Shown here: positions 44,401 through 60,500 of the stretch, one piece after another | Layout of the letters: the number at the start of each line of letters is the position of its first letter | Numbering within the stretch: position 1 is the first letter of the stretch | NCBI RefSeq assembly: GCF_032062105.1 | Contig: NW_026935443.1 | Coordinates: 558,001 to 622,000 of the forward strand | Origin: Saccostrea cucullata | Taxonomy: Eukaryota | Direction of reading: 5' to 3' | Length of the DNA: 64,000 bases | Position numbers and translations under genes: made by a program | The notes under the pieces: model-generated | Database searches by the model: none | Told to the model about the DNA's origin: nothing | The model's input: only the letters and a program-made list of their open reading frames with translations

Positions 44401-47400
44401 CTTAAGTCACCTTTCTTACATGTATTACCAGGGGTGAAGTTAGGTGACATTATGCATGGACTATCTGATTCATATTGACGTTAATTGATGTTGGTCAGGC
44501 AGTCGGACTTTCAAATTTTTATAAAATGTATTTCTGGACAAATATCTCCAGGATATATGATAAAAAAATCATGTAAAAAATGAAAAATGTTTGTTTCACC
44601 AAAGCTTGCCTAGTTCTCTTTGAATTACAGTCAAACTTTGATTTTTCAAAATTTGATTCTCAAATACTGTGGATATATTGAAGTGAGGTGGAATTCCAAA
44701 GCACCTTTACCTTATGTTTTTTCAACCTTTCTTAAATTCTTTCTTCTTAAGTGTAAGGAATGACATGCATGTTGACTAGCTGTACCGCTTTACATGGAAT
44801 TTTCTGCTTTTTAGCGCCATGTCCAGCACATATGAAAAAAAATTCTTTGCATGTAAATGCTGTGTTAATTTGTATACTTCATTGGAGGTGCTGTTAATGA
44901 AAAATATTTCAGTGTTCATTAGAGCATACTTACATGTTTCAAAATGGAAGTCTTGTGCAAAGTAAAGTGCTTCCACTTTCCCTCGTTTTCATCACAGTGG
45001 GTTAAAATGTATGGGAATGGGGTTTGACTGTACTTGAAAGTTCATTAATTTTAGTGTTTATCAAAGTTATTCTGTCTATGGAGCAATTGAATTTTGTTAT
45101 AATTATGCAGGCTGAGATCTTCACTTCAACAATAAATAATTGATATAAAAATTCTTCTGTTTTCAAGACATCCAGACACCACCTTGACCCTAACATTGAG
45201 TTTCAAATGTTTAAAGAGGATGCATCTCATTTTATCAATGGGACACGATAATATAAAAAGTTTTTTTCCATTCCCTGTCACAAATCTTCTTTTAAAACTC
45301 TTCACAATCAGGCTAGAAAAGAAATGCTCAAATAGGGTTTATCTTCAGATTATAGCAGCATAAAGAACTCGAAAAATCTTCTGGGTTGTTAAAGTACAGT
45401 ATCGAGTAAATATCAAGTCAGAAATAATTCATACACTTAGAAACTGCACAATGCCTGTAGGTGTAGGGTAGTAAAACAGCATTTACTGGTTGCTGTAGGT
45501 ATGGCAGTCAGTAAAAAACAAATAGTCGGTCTGGTACGAGGTAACACATTTATTTATCTTTAGACAGTGACACATGGGGACATGGGAATCTAGTGATGGG
45601 GCTAAATGGATGACATCATTGTTCTAAGTCAACCATCATCAAACTCTAATTAAACATTGCAGAAATACTGGTGAACTTCAAATTACCTATCTCTGTTTAA
45701 CTTTTTTACATTGAAAATACTAAGTTATATGAAAATTACAAAAACAAGAAATGTTTGTAAAACACTTATGCCCCTCCTCCCCCAAATAATTGGAATTTTT
45801 TTAAGCCCAAGGGGCATAACTCTGTCAAAAATGGCTCAATCATACCCAAAACAAATGTTGATATAGATATTCTTATGATAAATCTGCATACTAAATTTCA
45901 TTCCAGTTTGTGCAACCGCTGTGAAGAAAATGAACGGAAATGACACTGACAGACCAACTGACCAACAGACAGCAGCAAAGCAATATGCCCCCCCCCCCCC
46001 AGTTCTGAACAATGATAAAATTACAATCAAAATCATAAATCTGAAAAATTAAAATGTAATCGTCCAGAAATGGAATCGGTCAACTGCAATTCTCCCATAC
46101 TAGTGATTTAGAAGAATCAAATATAGTATTGATGGTGAATTTTGAAAGAAACCAATTTGCTGGAATCGTGACTGACAATGTAGCAATCAGTTCATTATGA
46201 ATTGATGTCAGTCACCAGAGTTTATTGACACTATCCAGTAAGATTTAGTATTAATACTATGATCATATAACATGTTTATATCACACCCAATAACTCTGTG
46301 TGACATTTTTATTTCTAACTGTTCATCAGAATAGTAGCTAGGGCACGGCCACATACGGATAAAAATAAACACCCTATACAAATCACATTCATATATATTT
46401 ATATCTAGTAGGAGATTAATTAATGTATTGACTCCCAGTGTTTTTTGTTAGTTCAGCTAAGCTGAAAGCTTATTAGTGAGCTTCTTTGATCAATGGAATA
46501 GCCTGCTGTCTGTTGTCTGTCCGATCTTCCATTGATGCAGCTGCGACGTTAACTTTTCACATTTTCAACTTCTCAAGAATTACTTTGCCAATTTTAACCA
46601 AAATTGGTACAAAGCATACTTCAATGCAGCAGAGTTTGAATTATAAAAATGAAGGGCCAAGCCTCCTTCCTAGGGGAAATAATCAAGAAAAGACAAAATA
46701 GGGTGTGGTCATTAAAAAAATCTCAAGAACCTCTGTGCCAGAAAAGTTGAAACTTATGTGGTTATCCTAGGGTAGCATGGACTCTAAATTATTAAAATCA
46801 TGAACCCCTGGGATAGGGTAACTGTCATATTCATCCAATTTTGATTTTCATATGATTGATAAATCATTTACACAGCTGGATATTCCTTATATGTATTCAA
46901 TTTAAAAAGCTTATTGAAATACAGTAAAACTCGGTTATAACAAAGTCACAGGGACCTGTGAAATGAGTTTGCTTTATCCGTAATTTGTTATATCCATATA
47001 AGGTATTCATTAAATTCATCTAGCTGGGGATCTAAGATAACTTCGCTTTATCTGAGAATTTGTAATATATCCATGTTCGTATAAAAGGAGTTTTACTGTA
47101 GTGTAGTGAAATATCCCTTTGAAGGCCATTTGGCAATGTCTTGCTTTTTTGTGTGTAAATCTGATAAAAGCACTTTGTGAATGTAGATTATTGTCTTAAA
47201 AAGTTGATAAACAGAAATATGAAACAAGGAATAAACTAGATAAAAATCATTTTACCGATGGATGTAAGAATGGACAGAAAAAGCAACAAGGAAAAAAGAA
47301 GAGGAATTGTCCTCTTAGGAGTATTTTACCCTATCTTTGGACTTTCTCGGTGCTACGTAATGGAGAATACTAGTAGATTCTCATTGCTTACAAAATTAAT

Positions 47401-50400
47401 AACATAGGAACTTAAAATTGTTGTTGACAACGATCAGACGACTTATGCCCCACCTCTGTGCCGTGAGAGTACTTTTAATTGGCTATTTACTACAGCAGTT
47501 GACATTCGGCCACATTTCTATCATATGTATATTTCAACAGTGAAGGGAAGCTGTGTAAATTTCAGTTCAAAGCTAATTAGGTAACGTCGAGAATGCCACG
47601 CCTTACTGAAAGTCCAAACTAAGCGTGTAATTCTTCTATCTTATGTAAAAAAAGGGAAGGAGGTTTTTTTTTTTCTAAATGACATTCAAAGCATAATTTT
47701 TGTTGTATATCTTCATAAGTAAAACTTGGATCAGGAAAAATATTTGAGAGCTTGCAGCAAGGGAAAACTGAAGTTGGTTAGAGGGATGATGTACTTGTTC
47801 AGTTCAGCTGTTGATTTGATTGACTTTGTTCCCGTATTGCATATATTGCATAATATATCAGTTGACAATGCATATTAATGTTTGCATTGGGTGATTAGAA
47901 AAGGTTAATATATGTATTTTGTCCCCTAGGCTTTGCTGCCCTATAGTAGTTTGAATAAGGGAAGTAACTCTCTTCCCATAAATTATCTACTGTTACCATT
48001 GAGAATTCTGAAAATTTGTTAAAAATGACAGCCCTCAAGCACTTAAAATTTAAAAACAAAACAAAAAAGTTCCAGAGTTGATATGATCATAGCCGCTTAA
48101 AAATGAAAGAGATAAAAAATGTCAGGTGAACCGGGCTACAAAACAGTTCAGGTTACTTCTGTTTGCTTTCTGATAAGATTCTCATTTGGGCTCCATTGTT
48201 AGGAGACAGATGGTAAACAAAAGATAATTAAACTGTTAGAAAGTGATTACAAGTGACAATACCTGATAGCTTTATTTCATTTCAGCTAGGTAATATCTGA
48301 ATATTTGGCCAATTAAATGTTTTTAACAAAATTTAATTACCGGTACCTAAAGTGTTTTTTACTGGTCGAAAGCTAGTCAGAGGCATTTTCTAGATTAACA
48401 GGGACCGGAACATATGTCAACTTTCTCTAAAATATTGTAAAAAAGGTGAAAAAATATTAACATAAAGCAGAGAAGTGAAGTAGATAAATGAATTTTTATC
48501 ACTTTGCAACAGAGCTTGGGGGGAGGGGGGGGGGGGTATGAGTAACACACTTGTGTGTGTGTAGGGGGGGGTATTTGTCCTTCAATGTGCGAAATGACAT
48601 AATTTGCATTGGAATCATGTTGAATGCTGCCTTGATTTATAGATATGGCTCTCTTAAAGGGGAAGCTCCACTTTGCAATGCCCTTATTATACTAATATAA
48701 TGCACTAAGTTATTTTAAAAGACATCCATAAACTAGGGCAAAGATGGGGGCCCAGGGGGCGGATTTAAAGGTGTAAATCTTTTTTATTTCTTGCTATATA
48801 CAGAGCCTGGTACTATGTGTATACACATCAAATAAAAAAATGAGAGAAGGGAAGATTAACCCACCAAGTGATTATTTATTGATTGTGCCTTCTTTGATTT
48901 CCATTGAAAAAAAATCATGATATGTATTGCATGTTCTTCAGCTTGTCATGTAGTAATGAATAAACTATATACTGAGTGGATCAATGCAAACATTACTAAG
49001 CCTCTTTTGGGTGTTCCTGTATTAAAGAAATCTAGAATCAATACGATATTTAAGGTGGATACATCTAAAAGACCTCTTCACCAACTACCGGTATTAACAT
49101 GATTTCCTAAGATTTTAGCATTTCAATTGTGAAAATATCAGGAAATTATTTTTTTTAGAGAAGTTGATTAGATATGTTACTTTACCAGCCTTCTGAAAGC
49201 AGCTTTTTGCAATAAAACCTTCTAGTTAGATTTTTCAAAGTAAAATAAAGCAAACTTATTTATAAACAAAGTGCCAGGGATGGACGATAGTGCTCCATTG
49301 TTAGTGTAATTTGTTACAGATAATCTGTTAAGTTTACAATATATTTCATGAAAATCATTTCGCTGTAAGTGTTTATTCATTATATGCATGTTCACTATAA
49401 GTGTGTTTTACTGTACTTGTATACAAAGTCTGTTTTTTGTTGCAGGAGAAGCAATATATGAAATAGCAGAGGTTCAAAAGGAAGTACAAGCCAGGATTGA
49501 AGAAAATGTAAGTTCATTGACCAGGTATAAAGTCAAACCTACTGTAAACTAAGCTTATGTACCTATATACATGTACTGTAACCCAGAGGGAGCATGATTT
49601 CAGATTTCTTTTTATGTGCATGACCCTAAAAGTAGTTAATTCATTGCTGACAATTAAAATTCAGAGGTTTTTCTCTCTTGGAATAAATTATTATATGTAG
49701 TATATGACCAAGAAAAAGGTTTTATCATATAGTCTACATAACAAAATCAAGGTTCAGTTGAAGTTCTGTTTGTCAAACATTGTGATCTTCAGTACCATGG
49801 ATATCAAAATGATATGGAAGTCTCAATCACTTGTTCTTAGAAAAAACATTTCAGCATTGAATATATCTCTAATATTGGATATCTCAAAGCTTTTTACCAG
49901 TCCTATCAAGTCGAAGATAAAAAGGTTTCACTGTATAATATTTTGGGAGATTTTGAATAAAGTATAGATTTAGTCTTCTGCACTTTTGATTTCAATCAAA
50001 GTTGAAAAGGTTACATACCCACTGGCGTCATACCAGATTTAAATTGAAAGAAATAAAGGGCATTATATGTATGCCATTGAATGTAAAATGATATACTGCA
50101 CACCTTTATTTATTATTTTCTTTTGCAGTCCAAAGCCTTGTTCACAGAACTCATCTTGCCATTAGAACAGAAACTGGAAAATGAATTCAAAAGATCATCG
50201 GTAAATATTTCATCAATTTCCAATGGATACAATATAGTTACACCTAGCGCTGCATACATTTGATTTAGAGTTCCCCAATTATGTAATAACCTGATGACGA
50301 ATAAACCATATAGGTAGCAAATCGCAAACTAGAGGATAATTACACACATCGGATGGGCTTGTCTAGCAAAATATTTGGTTGTTACTAAACACAGTCAAAA

Positions 50401-53400
50401 TATACAACCGTAGATAAAGTACCCTATTGATTGCAGGGTAATGAATCACTGGGATATGTGTAGGGGGTAGAGGGTGAACATTTAGGAATAGTTCAGTTGG
50501 GTGGGAGTCGGGAATATTTACTCTTTGGGTCTTACATTTGTACCAAATCAGGTTTATCCCTATACAAACAATGCAAAGCACCTCTTGACTCTCTCAATTC
50601 ATGAATACAAGTGTTAAATTATACTTGTCTGAAAATTTGATCGCCTTTCACTCATCTTGAAGTCAATGAAATACAACATTAAACACCTTTTACTTTCACA
50701 TACTGCAAATGTGCAAACAATTTTAGCATCGATATTGTCAAGTTTTACTTGGTGGTCAGCAAAACGCTTTTTTTTTTTCAAGTTATGATTTCTTAAAAAT
50801 ATAAAATTTATTAGCTTACATTTATCTGACACCTTGTTTTACTAGAATTGCTGCAGCATGAAAGAACAGGAACAATGTAAAATGATGTACTGGTAAAGAT
50901 TAGGTTTTCTGAACAAACCAGCTAAAGAAACAATTCTCACAAATGGTCTTTCTGATTTTACAAGTGTTGCTTGGACCTAAAGGGTTATTTTGGACATTGC
51001 CTTTAAATTAGATTATGCAGATAAATTATTTTGAGATATAATTGATTTATAGCATTTTTTCCAAAAAAAAAAAAGTCATTACAGCCTATGAAATAATGAA
51101 AATGACCTGGTTTATTAATGAAGTCGATACATTACTTTGCCATAGAAGCATTACAGACATTTATAACATAACATATCCATAATAAATAAAAGCGAAGCCA
51201 GTTTTTGTGTGATATCTACAATGTGAAAGATCAATCAAGTCCTGTTTAAAACAGTAATATACATCTTTTTCAGTCACAGTACAAAAAATATGCCACGGGT
51301 CACAAGGTTGTGTTTGCTCCGTACAGCAAGGCGACGGAATCACTCAAAAAGTTCCGCAAAAAGAGTCGAAATAAACCAATGTTTGAGGAGCAAAAAGAAG
51401 CACAGGTAGAAGACAACATGATAATTTATCAATTAATTAAAACGTTATTTGATTTATTATTATGAGGAACAAAAATATACATACATCATTTTATTTGCAA
51501 CTCCACATTTCTGAGATTGTTGAATTTTGAAATAATTTGTGCACAGAAATTTTCCAGAATAAATGTACTGAAATCTAAATATCCTCTAACTTTATCATAG
51601 CCAAATCAACTTGAACAACAAAATTGATAAATTTGCAAATTTTCATTTCTTGAATATAATGGTGTTTAATGTTATATTGTATCTTAATTATGTAAAAGAA
51701 AATTCATTCTTGTAGTTTAAGATATACTTTTTAATTAAATCTGACAGTGTCCATGCTTACAATATATTCTCCTCAAAAATACCTTTTCAACACTGACAAT
51801 TGAATTTGTAAATCTTTTCAGCACATTAAAACGTTAGAGAGATGTCAAGAGAAGTTAGATGAATTTAGACTGAGTGGACTTAAACTGGTAAGATGGGTGA
51901 CAGTTCTGGACATGATCAAGTAGAAGTTTATTTGTTTGGAAGTCTATAAATTCCTCAAGTCAGACCTCAGAGGCTTTGTACATTTTATGAAGGACCCTAC
52001 TTTTGATAATGAGATCTGAAAATCTTTCTTAGATATTGAGGTGTTCAATTTTTTTTGGTTTCTTTTATTTTCCAATTGTCAAAGATTTGACAATTTCCCT
52101 TTCTGTGAACTCAATTTTTGCTACTTGTCAACTTATAAAATACAGATATTCAGTGATAGAAATGTAAAAAATAAAAGAGTCTGTCCTCTATTGAATAAAA
52201 TTCTATCCCTTAAAAACCCCGAGAAATTAGAAAAATTAATATAGGTTTGGGTAGCTATTCAAAGTAAATTTAATAGTGATCATATGGAAAAACTTTGAAA
52301 ACCTTGTTATCAGTATCATTTTGAGTTGTTTTAAAAAAAATCTGCATTACCGGGTAATACTTTGTAGGCTCTACTTGAAGAGAGAAAATGTCATTGTTTT
52401 TTATTGGATCGACTGAATACCATGGCAACACTGTACGCCAATCACCACAAACAGGTGAGTTATTGGATTCTTCTGTTTACCTGTCGTCAATTTCTGATGA
52501 AAGACTGCATAAATAGAGCTCATAAAGATGGTCACTCTCTACCACTAATAATCTGTGTTGTTTTAGAACTTGTTCAATGAGCGGCTTTTGTTTTCAAGGT
52601 TACTTTATATGGTTATGCTAATATGTGTTATATATTGCAGGTGTATTATTATTATTATTTTTAGAAATTACATATATAAACAACAAAAAAAAAATGATTA
52701 AGGATTAATGTATAAATTATAGGGTTTTGAAGAATCTCCTTCAAGAAGCATATATTCAAATCAAATACAGATTATAAGAGAAGAGTTATCCCCCTTAAAA
52801 CTTTTTTTTGGAAAATATACACATGAACTACCATTCTTTTATCAAATTGCATCTATATAGCCTAACAATAAATCCTCATTACTGTCTTAATTCCAGTCTG
52901 CAGAGTCGTATATGAGAGGCCTCATCAAATGGAAGCAGCTCTCCGTCAAACCCCACATTCTGCCACAGGAAGCGAACCGACTGTTGATGATGCCAGTAAG
53001 AATATCAATATTACGCTGTAACCAGTAAAAATTATTGTCATCTGATCCAGTGTCATCCAGATAATCTGATCTCTGTTTATGACAAACTAGTTTTAGGTAG
53101 ATGGCATATTTGTGTTGTAATAAGTCAGGCCCGTGACTGAACAATTGCATGATACCGGGTAATATTTATCTTGATTTGAAATATATTTTTTGTTCAGGTT
53201 CAGAATTTTACTAAACATTCTTTGAAATATTTGAAATGAATCCTGAAAATCAACATACACAACATGAAAATTAAAAAAAAAAAGAAAACACTCAAAAGAA
53301 GAATAAGAGCAGATTGACAAAAGTCAAATGAATTGCTAAAGCAATTGTCTTCTGAAAAGAAAAAAAAAATACTTATAGGCTTTGACTTAAAATTATGACA

Positions 53401-54368
53401 TGAGGCATTTCAGTTTTGAATCTATGATGCTCTTTCAATCATTGTGCTTTTCATAAGGCATAATATGTATAGCAGGATCTGAGGGCATGGATTTTTCTAC
53501 CAAACACAATACAATTCTGCATGAAAGATGGATTTTAATAATAGCATGGAAAAAGTGTTTGCAATGATAAATATGGAAGATTATTTATGGTAAACGTGTT
53601 TCAGGATCATGACCACATGAGTGAAATGAATGGAGGGGTGTACAGAAATGACATTGAGACAAGATCATTGGGCAGTCCCTACAAACGGTCACAGAGTGTT
53701 CATGATGTCTACAGACGCCCGATTCCTGTACAGACAGATACAGCCTCAGACACTTACAGTGAGAAAACTGGGCTTAGTTTATTTATAGTATCAGTGTTAC
53801 AACTTGAAATTACCAGATGCCTTTGTAGTTTGTACTAAAGTCATATTGTTGACAAAGTTGCAGTGTTAATTTATGAAGAAGTTATCCACTTATAAAAGTA
53901 GCCAAGTACTAATAACTGTCTAGAATGTCAACATGAGTAAAAGCATCTGGCAAGAGGTTTTAAATAAACCAATAAAAAAATTGAGGGATGTGGTTTTAAT
54001 TAAAGGAAAATATTCAATGACCACATAGATAAAATCAATTCAAAATTGTCATTTTCCATCAACAGCGAGGACGTTGCCCCACGGTCGGGTGGTTCCCCCA
54101 CCTCCCCCTATCTCTGGGCTCCAGGTAAGGGCAGTGTACTCACATGACGGGGACGGGGACACTAAAATGTCCTTCATGGAGGGGGACATCATCAACATAC
54201 TGGGGGAGAAGTCCTCTGATGGCTGGCAGTATGGTCTCAACACAAATGCTGGAAAGTACGAATTATAGCAGTAGTGTTGAAATGATGAAAAACAGTATAT
54301 TTGATGCATCTATTGATGTTGTTTTATTTTATTATATATTGTTGACATATGTTTATGTTATAATCTTG

Positions 54369-54415
<47 letters not shown>

Positions 54416-54460
54416 CATTTTGTCCGGCGTCCGTCTGTCCGTCTGTCTGTCCGTCTGTCT

Positions 54461-54491
<31 letters not shown>

Positions 54492-54503
54492 GACTTCTTC
54501 TCA

Positions 54504-54534
<31 letters not shown>

Positions 54535-54543
54535 CTACAAAGT

Positions 54544-54593
<50 letters not shown>

Positions 54594-57500
54594 CATTCAA
54601 GGGGAGATAATTGGGAATAAATGAAAATTTGGTGGCATATTTTAAAAATCTTCTTCTCAAGAACCACTGTGCCAGGAAAGATGAAACTTATGGGGAAACA
54701 TCCTCAGGTAGTCTAGATTCAAGTTTGTTCAAATCATGACCCCCGGGGGTAGGGCGGGGCCAAAATGGCCGACCAAAGTTTTACATAGAAATATATAGGA
54801 AAATTCTTTAAAAATCTTCTTCTAAAGAATGACAAAGCCGTAATTCATCATATTTATATGGGAGCATGCTCAGGTAGTGTAGATTCAAGTTTGTTCAAAT
54901 CATGACCCCCGGGGGTAGGGCGGGGCCAAAATGGCCGACCAAAGTTTTACATAGAAATATATAGGAAAATTCTTTAAAAATCTTCTTCTCAAGAATGACA
55001 AAGCCATAATTCATCATATTTATATGGGAGCATCCTCAGGTAGTGTAGATTCAAGTTTGTTCAAATCATGACCCCCGGGGGTAGGGCGGGCCAAAATGGC
55101 CGACCAAAGTTTTACATAGAAATATATAGGAAAATTCTTTAAAAATCTTCTTCTAAAGAATTACAAAGCCATAATTCATCATATTTATATGGGAGCATGC
55201 TCAGGTAGTGTAGATTCAAGTTTGTTCAAATCATGACCCCCGGGGGTAGGGCGGGGCCAAAATGGCCGACCAAAGTTTTACATAGAAATATATAGGAAAA
55301 TTCTTTAGAAATCTTCTTCTCAAGAATAGCAAAGCCATAATTGATCATATTTATATCGAAGCATCCTCAGGTAGTGTAGATTCAAGTTTGTTCAAATCAT
55401 AACCCCCAGGGGTAGGGCGGGGCCAAAATGGCCGACCAAATTTTTACATAGAAAAATCTTCTTCTCAAGAATAGCATATCCCAAGTGAAAAAAATTTCAA
55501 ACAAATCACTTACAAATTGCCAACAAATTGCTCTAAAATCACTTTAAAGTGATTTGTTTCAGTGATTTGTAAGCAATTCATTTAACAAATCATGCACAAA
55601 TCATTTTCTACCAAAATGATGACTATGATTTGCTTACAATTTGTTATGAAAGGGTGATTTGCTTGTGATTTCTTTCCCACTTCAGACAATTTCAGAGTGA
55701 TTTGTTAAACTTAGGAAATTGCTACAGTGATTTCTTCATGATTTGTTGAACTTATCCGTTCTTCAAGGTGATTTGAAAATGATTTCTTAAACTTAGTCTT
55801 TCTTCGAAGTGATTTGAAGATGATTTGTTAACTTAGTCTTTCTTCTGGATGATTTGTAAATGATTTGTTGAACTCATGGTCCTTCTTCAGAGTGATTTGA
55901 GAATGATTTACTTCATAACTTCCGCCTGGCTTGCTGATTGGTCAGTATTAGAAACTCTACCGCCAATTTTCATTCATCAGATTTGAATTGAAATGATAGG
56001 AGCTAGATTGTGCTGTTCTAGATTCACACCTCTCTTCTTTTGTTGAAACTGATGTTTTTTCCATAACTATGCAAAATACATTTTTAAGGTATGTATAACT
56101 GTATTATGCTATCATTTCCTCTTTAGATTTAGTTAATATCCCATATGGTTTACATGCAATTTATTGTTCTTCTACCAACAACAAAGTCGGTGACAATTCA
56201 TGTTTAAAACAAAATCTATGTAAAGCTACATTAGCTTCAGCAAAGTTATAACTCACTGGCTTTTTCAAAGTGGCTATAGAAAAATATTTATTTCAGATAA
56301 GAAAACATTTACCAACTTCTAAAAGTCAACAATTAATGCCTATATCGTATTCTGAATTTGGAGTCAAGTACATGTGTGTATATCTAAATTACATGATGCC
56401 ATCTTAATGAGGACACATCCTTAAGTAAAAGTTTATATTTTAAAACAGTCTTGCCAAAAGTTTTTTGTTAATATACAACAAATATGCATGTGTTTCAAAT
56501 ATTTGAGAGATGGTTACATGAGCATCATGCACACACGTGTGTATCCACCTGGAGTGATTTGAAAGTGATTTGTTAAACTGAAGTGATTTTGTTTGCAATT
56601 TGTTTGAAATGATTTGTTTGCAATTTATTCGGAGTGATTTGGTTGCGATTTGTTCAACAGAAGTGATTTCTACACAAAATTTATTTAAAGTGATTTCATT
56701 GTGATTTCAGAGTGATTTGGTTACAATTTGTTAGGAGTGATTTGTTAGCTCATTTGCATGGGAATTTGCATCACTTACAAATCATCTTCAAATCACTGAT
56801 TCATTAGTGATTTCTTAAAGTGATTTGTTTGAGGATTTTTTTCACTTGGGATATAGCCATAATTGATCATATTTATATGGAAGCATCCTCAGGTAGTGTA
56901 GAATCAAGTTTGTTCAAATCATGACCCCCAGGGGTAGGGCAGGACCAAAATGGCCGACCAAAGTTTTACATAGAAAATTAGAAATGTATAGGAAAATTCT
57001 TTAAAAATCTTCTTCTCAAGAATAGCATAGCCATAATTGATCATATTTATATGGAAGCATCCTCAGGTAGTGTAGATTCAAGTTTGTTTAAATCATGACC
57101 CCCAGGGGTAGGGCGGGGCCAAAATGGCCGACCAAAGTTTTACATAGAAATATATAGGAAAATTCTTTAGAAATCTTCTTCTCAAGAATGACAAAGCCAT
57201 AATTGATCATATTTATATGGAAGCATCCTCAGGTAGTGTAGATTCAAGTTTGTTCAAATCATGACCCCCGGGGGTAGGGTGGGGCCAAAATGGCCGACCA
57301 AAGTTTTACATAGAAATATATAGGAAAATTCTTTAAAAATCTTCTTCTCATGAATAGCAAAGCCATGATTGGTCTTTGGACTACTTTTGGATTTAAGCTT
57401 TTCAAGTATAAACCAATTCTGCTTTTTCCTAGCCACAGTGCTCAGGTGAGCGATGTGGCCCATGGGCCTCATGTTTAAGTTTACATTATATTATAGAATT

Positions 57501-60500
57501 TCAAAGATTTTCAGTAAAAATGATTCTATTTCAGATATGGTTGGTTCCCCCTGTCCTTCACAGAGCCTTTCCATATGCCCCCAATGCGTAATGGACATTC
57601 CATGTAAGATCCCACTGTACAGGTCTCCTCAAAGAAAGTTTTTAGGAATAAAGGGAGATAAATCTTCAACCTTGTAATGAATGAGAATCAAACAGAGGAA
57701 ATCATGCTTTAAATTAAATGAATGTTTGAGGACATGAAATTTTTTTTTAGTTATGGATCAAAAATCAATATTTCACAAAGTATATCTTCCTCTAATGATT
57801 CCAGGATGAATGGTAGAGTGAAGAGTATGGGAGATTTGTTGGATGATGCTGGCGATGCTGATGGGTATTTTATGGAGCACAGCATGCCAGGAAGTGCCCA
57901 GAGACCCAAGTCCCTGTATGAAGGGTCGGGAACCAGATTACCAGGAAGTCACAGTCCTCTACCCATGAGGGTAAGGGAGACAACGAAGTGAATGATACTT
58001 TACCCTTTATATACAAGTTCTGATTTTAAAAACAAAAACTTAGCCAAAGTTCAAATAGCAAATAATTCAGACTTCAATTTTTACATTTACAAGATAAATG
58101 GCAAATTTAATTGAAATATTTTAAGTGTAAATATTACTGCATGAAATTTGTCTATAAATATTACACTTATATGCTGCTGTGCTTTATAATTTTCATTTGT
58201 GTAGTTTCCTGGTACACATAGAATCTCTAGCTTTAGTTCATTCATGTTAAATCAGGCACTGCTTTCTGCTTGATCAATATTTTTATTTAACATGTAGACT
58301 ACCACATGTATTCACCAATCCATAACTTTTCAGTCACAAATCCACCAACCCGGGTGGACAGGACAACATCCTGGTCTTATGGGCTCTTATTCTTTACCAC
58401 GTCAATTCACAGGGCAGGGGGCATATATGAGCTCTGATATGGACCACATTTACCACTTTTTGCCCTCAGACCATCAGGTATATTGCCTGCTGGAATGTTG
58501 TTATAGACCTATACCTTATAACAATTGTTTGACTGGTGTGTTTGTAGGGTTTGCATGCCGTAAAAAATGTTTTTTACTAACTGGATTTGTTTTGGGATAA
58601 GATATTGCTAATATGCAAGATCTCGCAACCCTAAGTACAAAAAAAAATCAAAGTACCTTATGTACTGATACTGAACTTAAAGATGCGGGCATTTTAATAA
58701 AGTTTAAAACTGACATGAAACAACTAATGTTCTATGCACATGCCTTCTGTTTGAGGCTTCTACTGGCAATAAACAAAAAAAAAAAACGATCTTAAAAATA
58801 GTGGGGGAATAAACTTCTGCTATTTATATTTATGAATATTTCGGTATTTTGAGGGAGTTGTAGCAAATTCTATCAGATTTGATCTGTAAATAAATGAACA
58901 CTGAGTTGTAATAGCACATAATTCATGACATTAACAGACTTTCAATCCAGTAAAAAATGTTAACCCTTTTCTTTGTTAAATGTTGTTCTTCTATTAAATA
59001 GTGTTTGATTATAAGAGTTCCTACCTTTTAAATACTAAAAGAACCTGGTGAATATTAACAGGAAATAATCTTATCAAAGCTTTAAAGATAATTGGTGAAA
59101 GATATTTTATTTTTAATATCAGTGTATATATTTTCTTTTAAATTTTACCTCTTTGTGAACAGCAACCTGGAGAGAAAGCATCAACCATTCATCAGCAGGG
59201 CATCAATTATTCTAGACCAGAGGCCAGGGGCAATAATCCCCCATCTCCCCCTCTGCCCCCACCCCCACCCCCTCTTGCCTCTGAACACCCCTCCCCAGGC
59301 AATGGGACCCCCTCCTCTTCCCTTTCCTCAGCCTCACCAAGTTTAAATTCATCCCACATGTCGGAATCTCCTGCCAGAAGAAACCCTTCATCTCAAAACC
59401 AGAAAACCAACCAATCATCTTACACCATTCCACCAGCACCACTCCCTCCTTCCTCTTCTGCACCAATCACAAACTCTCTTGCTTCAGCTGCACAGTCTGA
59501 TACGTATCACAATTTATACCAGAACACCCAGGGAAGCATGCCAGGGTATAGTCACATGTCTCGTCAGCAACACAGCATTCCCCCACCCCCTCCTCCCGCC
59601 CCGCCTGGGCCCCCTCCCATTGGCGGACAGCAACGCAGAACTGCAATGAATTCTGGGACAGATGAAGAGGACTCAGAGTAATTCACATATTTACATTTAG
59701 AGTCACGGAAATCTTGACCAATTGTGTCATAATAAAAATGTCTGTACGTGCATTTTTATAACAAGATTACCTTTTTATTAAAACACTGAAAGTGCAAACA
59801 TAACCCAATACATGTAATAATACAAACCCTGTTGAAGATGTAAAAAATGAAAAACAGTCTAAAAAAATTCCCACCCAAGAGACTTGTAGAGATTTTTAAT
59901 TCTGTGTAGGAGTTCTTTAATTTATTAATACAAATATAAATTCATTGTTCAGTTCATTTCTGGGTGAGCATGGCATGTTAAAATAACATGTAAACACTTA
60001 CTTTGTTTCTAAACTGCATGTTGATACTAACTGAAAAAATGTCCAAGGCTTTGGAATCATTATCATTTCCCCGAAAAAAAATCATCTACTAATTGTCAAT
60101 ATCACATAAAATTATACCTATATATTAATTGCATGAGGTGTTTTGATCCAATTTACAGAAGACATGAGATTATATCAAAAAACAAAGTAACACGTACATT
60201 ATACCAAATCAAAATAATTTAATATAGAGAGTAGCTGCTAAATACAATATATCAAATAGAAAATATAAGCATTTGTATGTCAGTTTATAGTCTTTGTATT
60301 TGATTTTATTAGTATTTATTTGATATACCTTTAGATACTGTAGATCACTTAATTTTCATGACACCTTATTTTCGTGAGATAGTCATTGACACTTGATAAG
60401 TGAGACAAAGTTTTCACTAATTGAGGTTATTGCTCTCTATAATCTTATTAGTAATACTAAAATATGCGAGAATTAAATTTTCGCGAGCACACTGTCTCGC

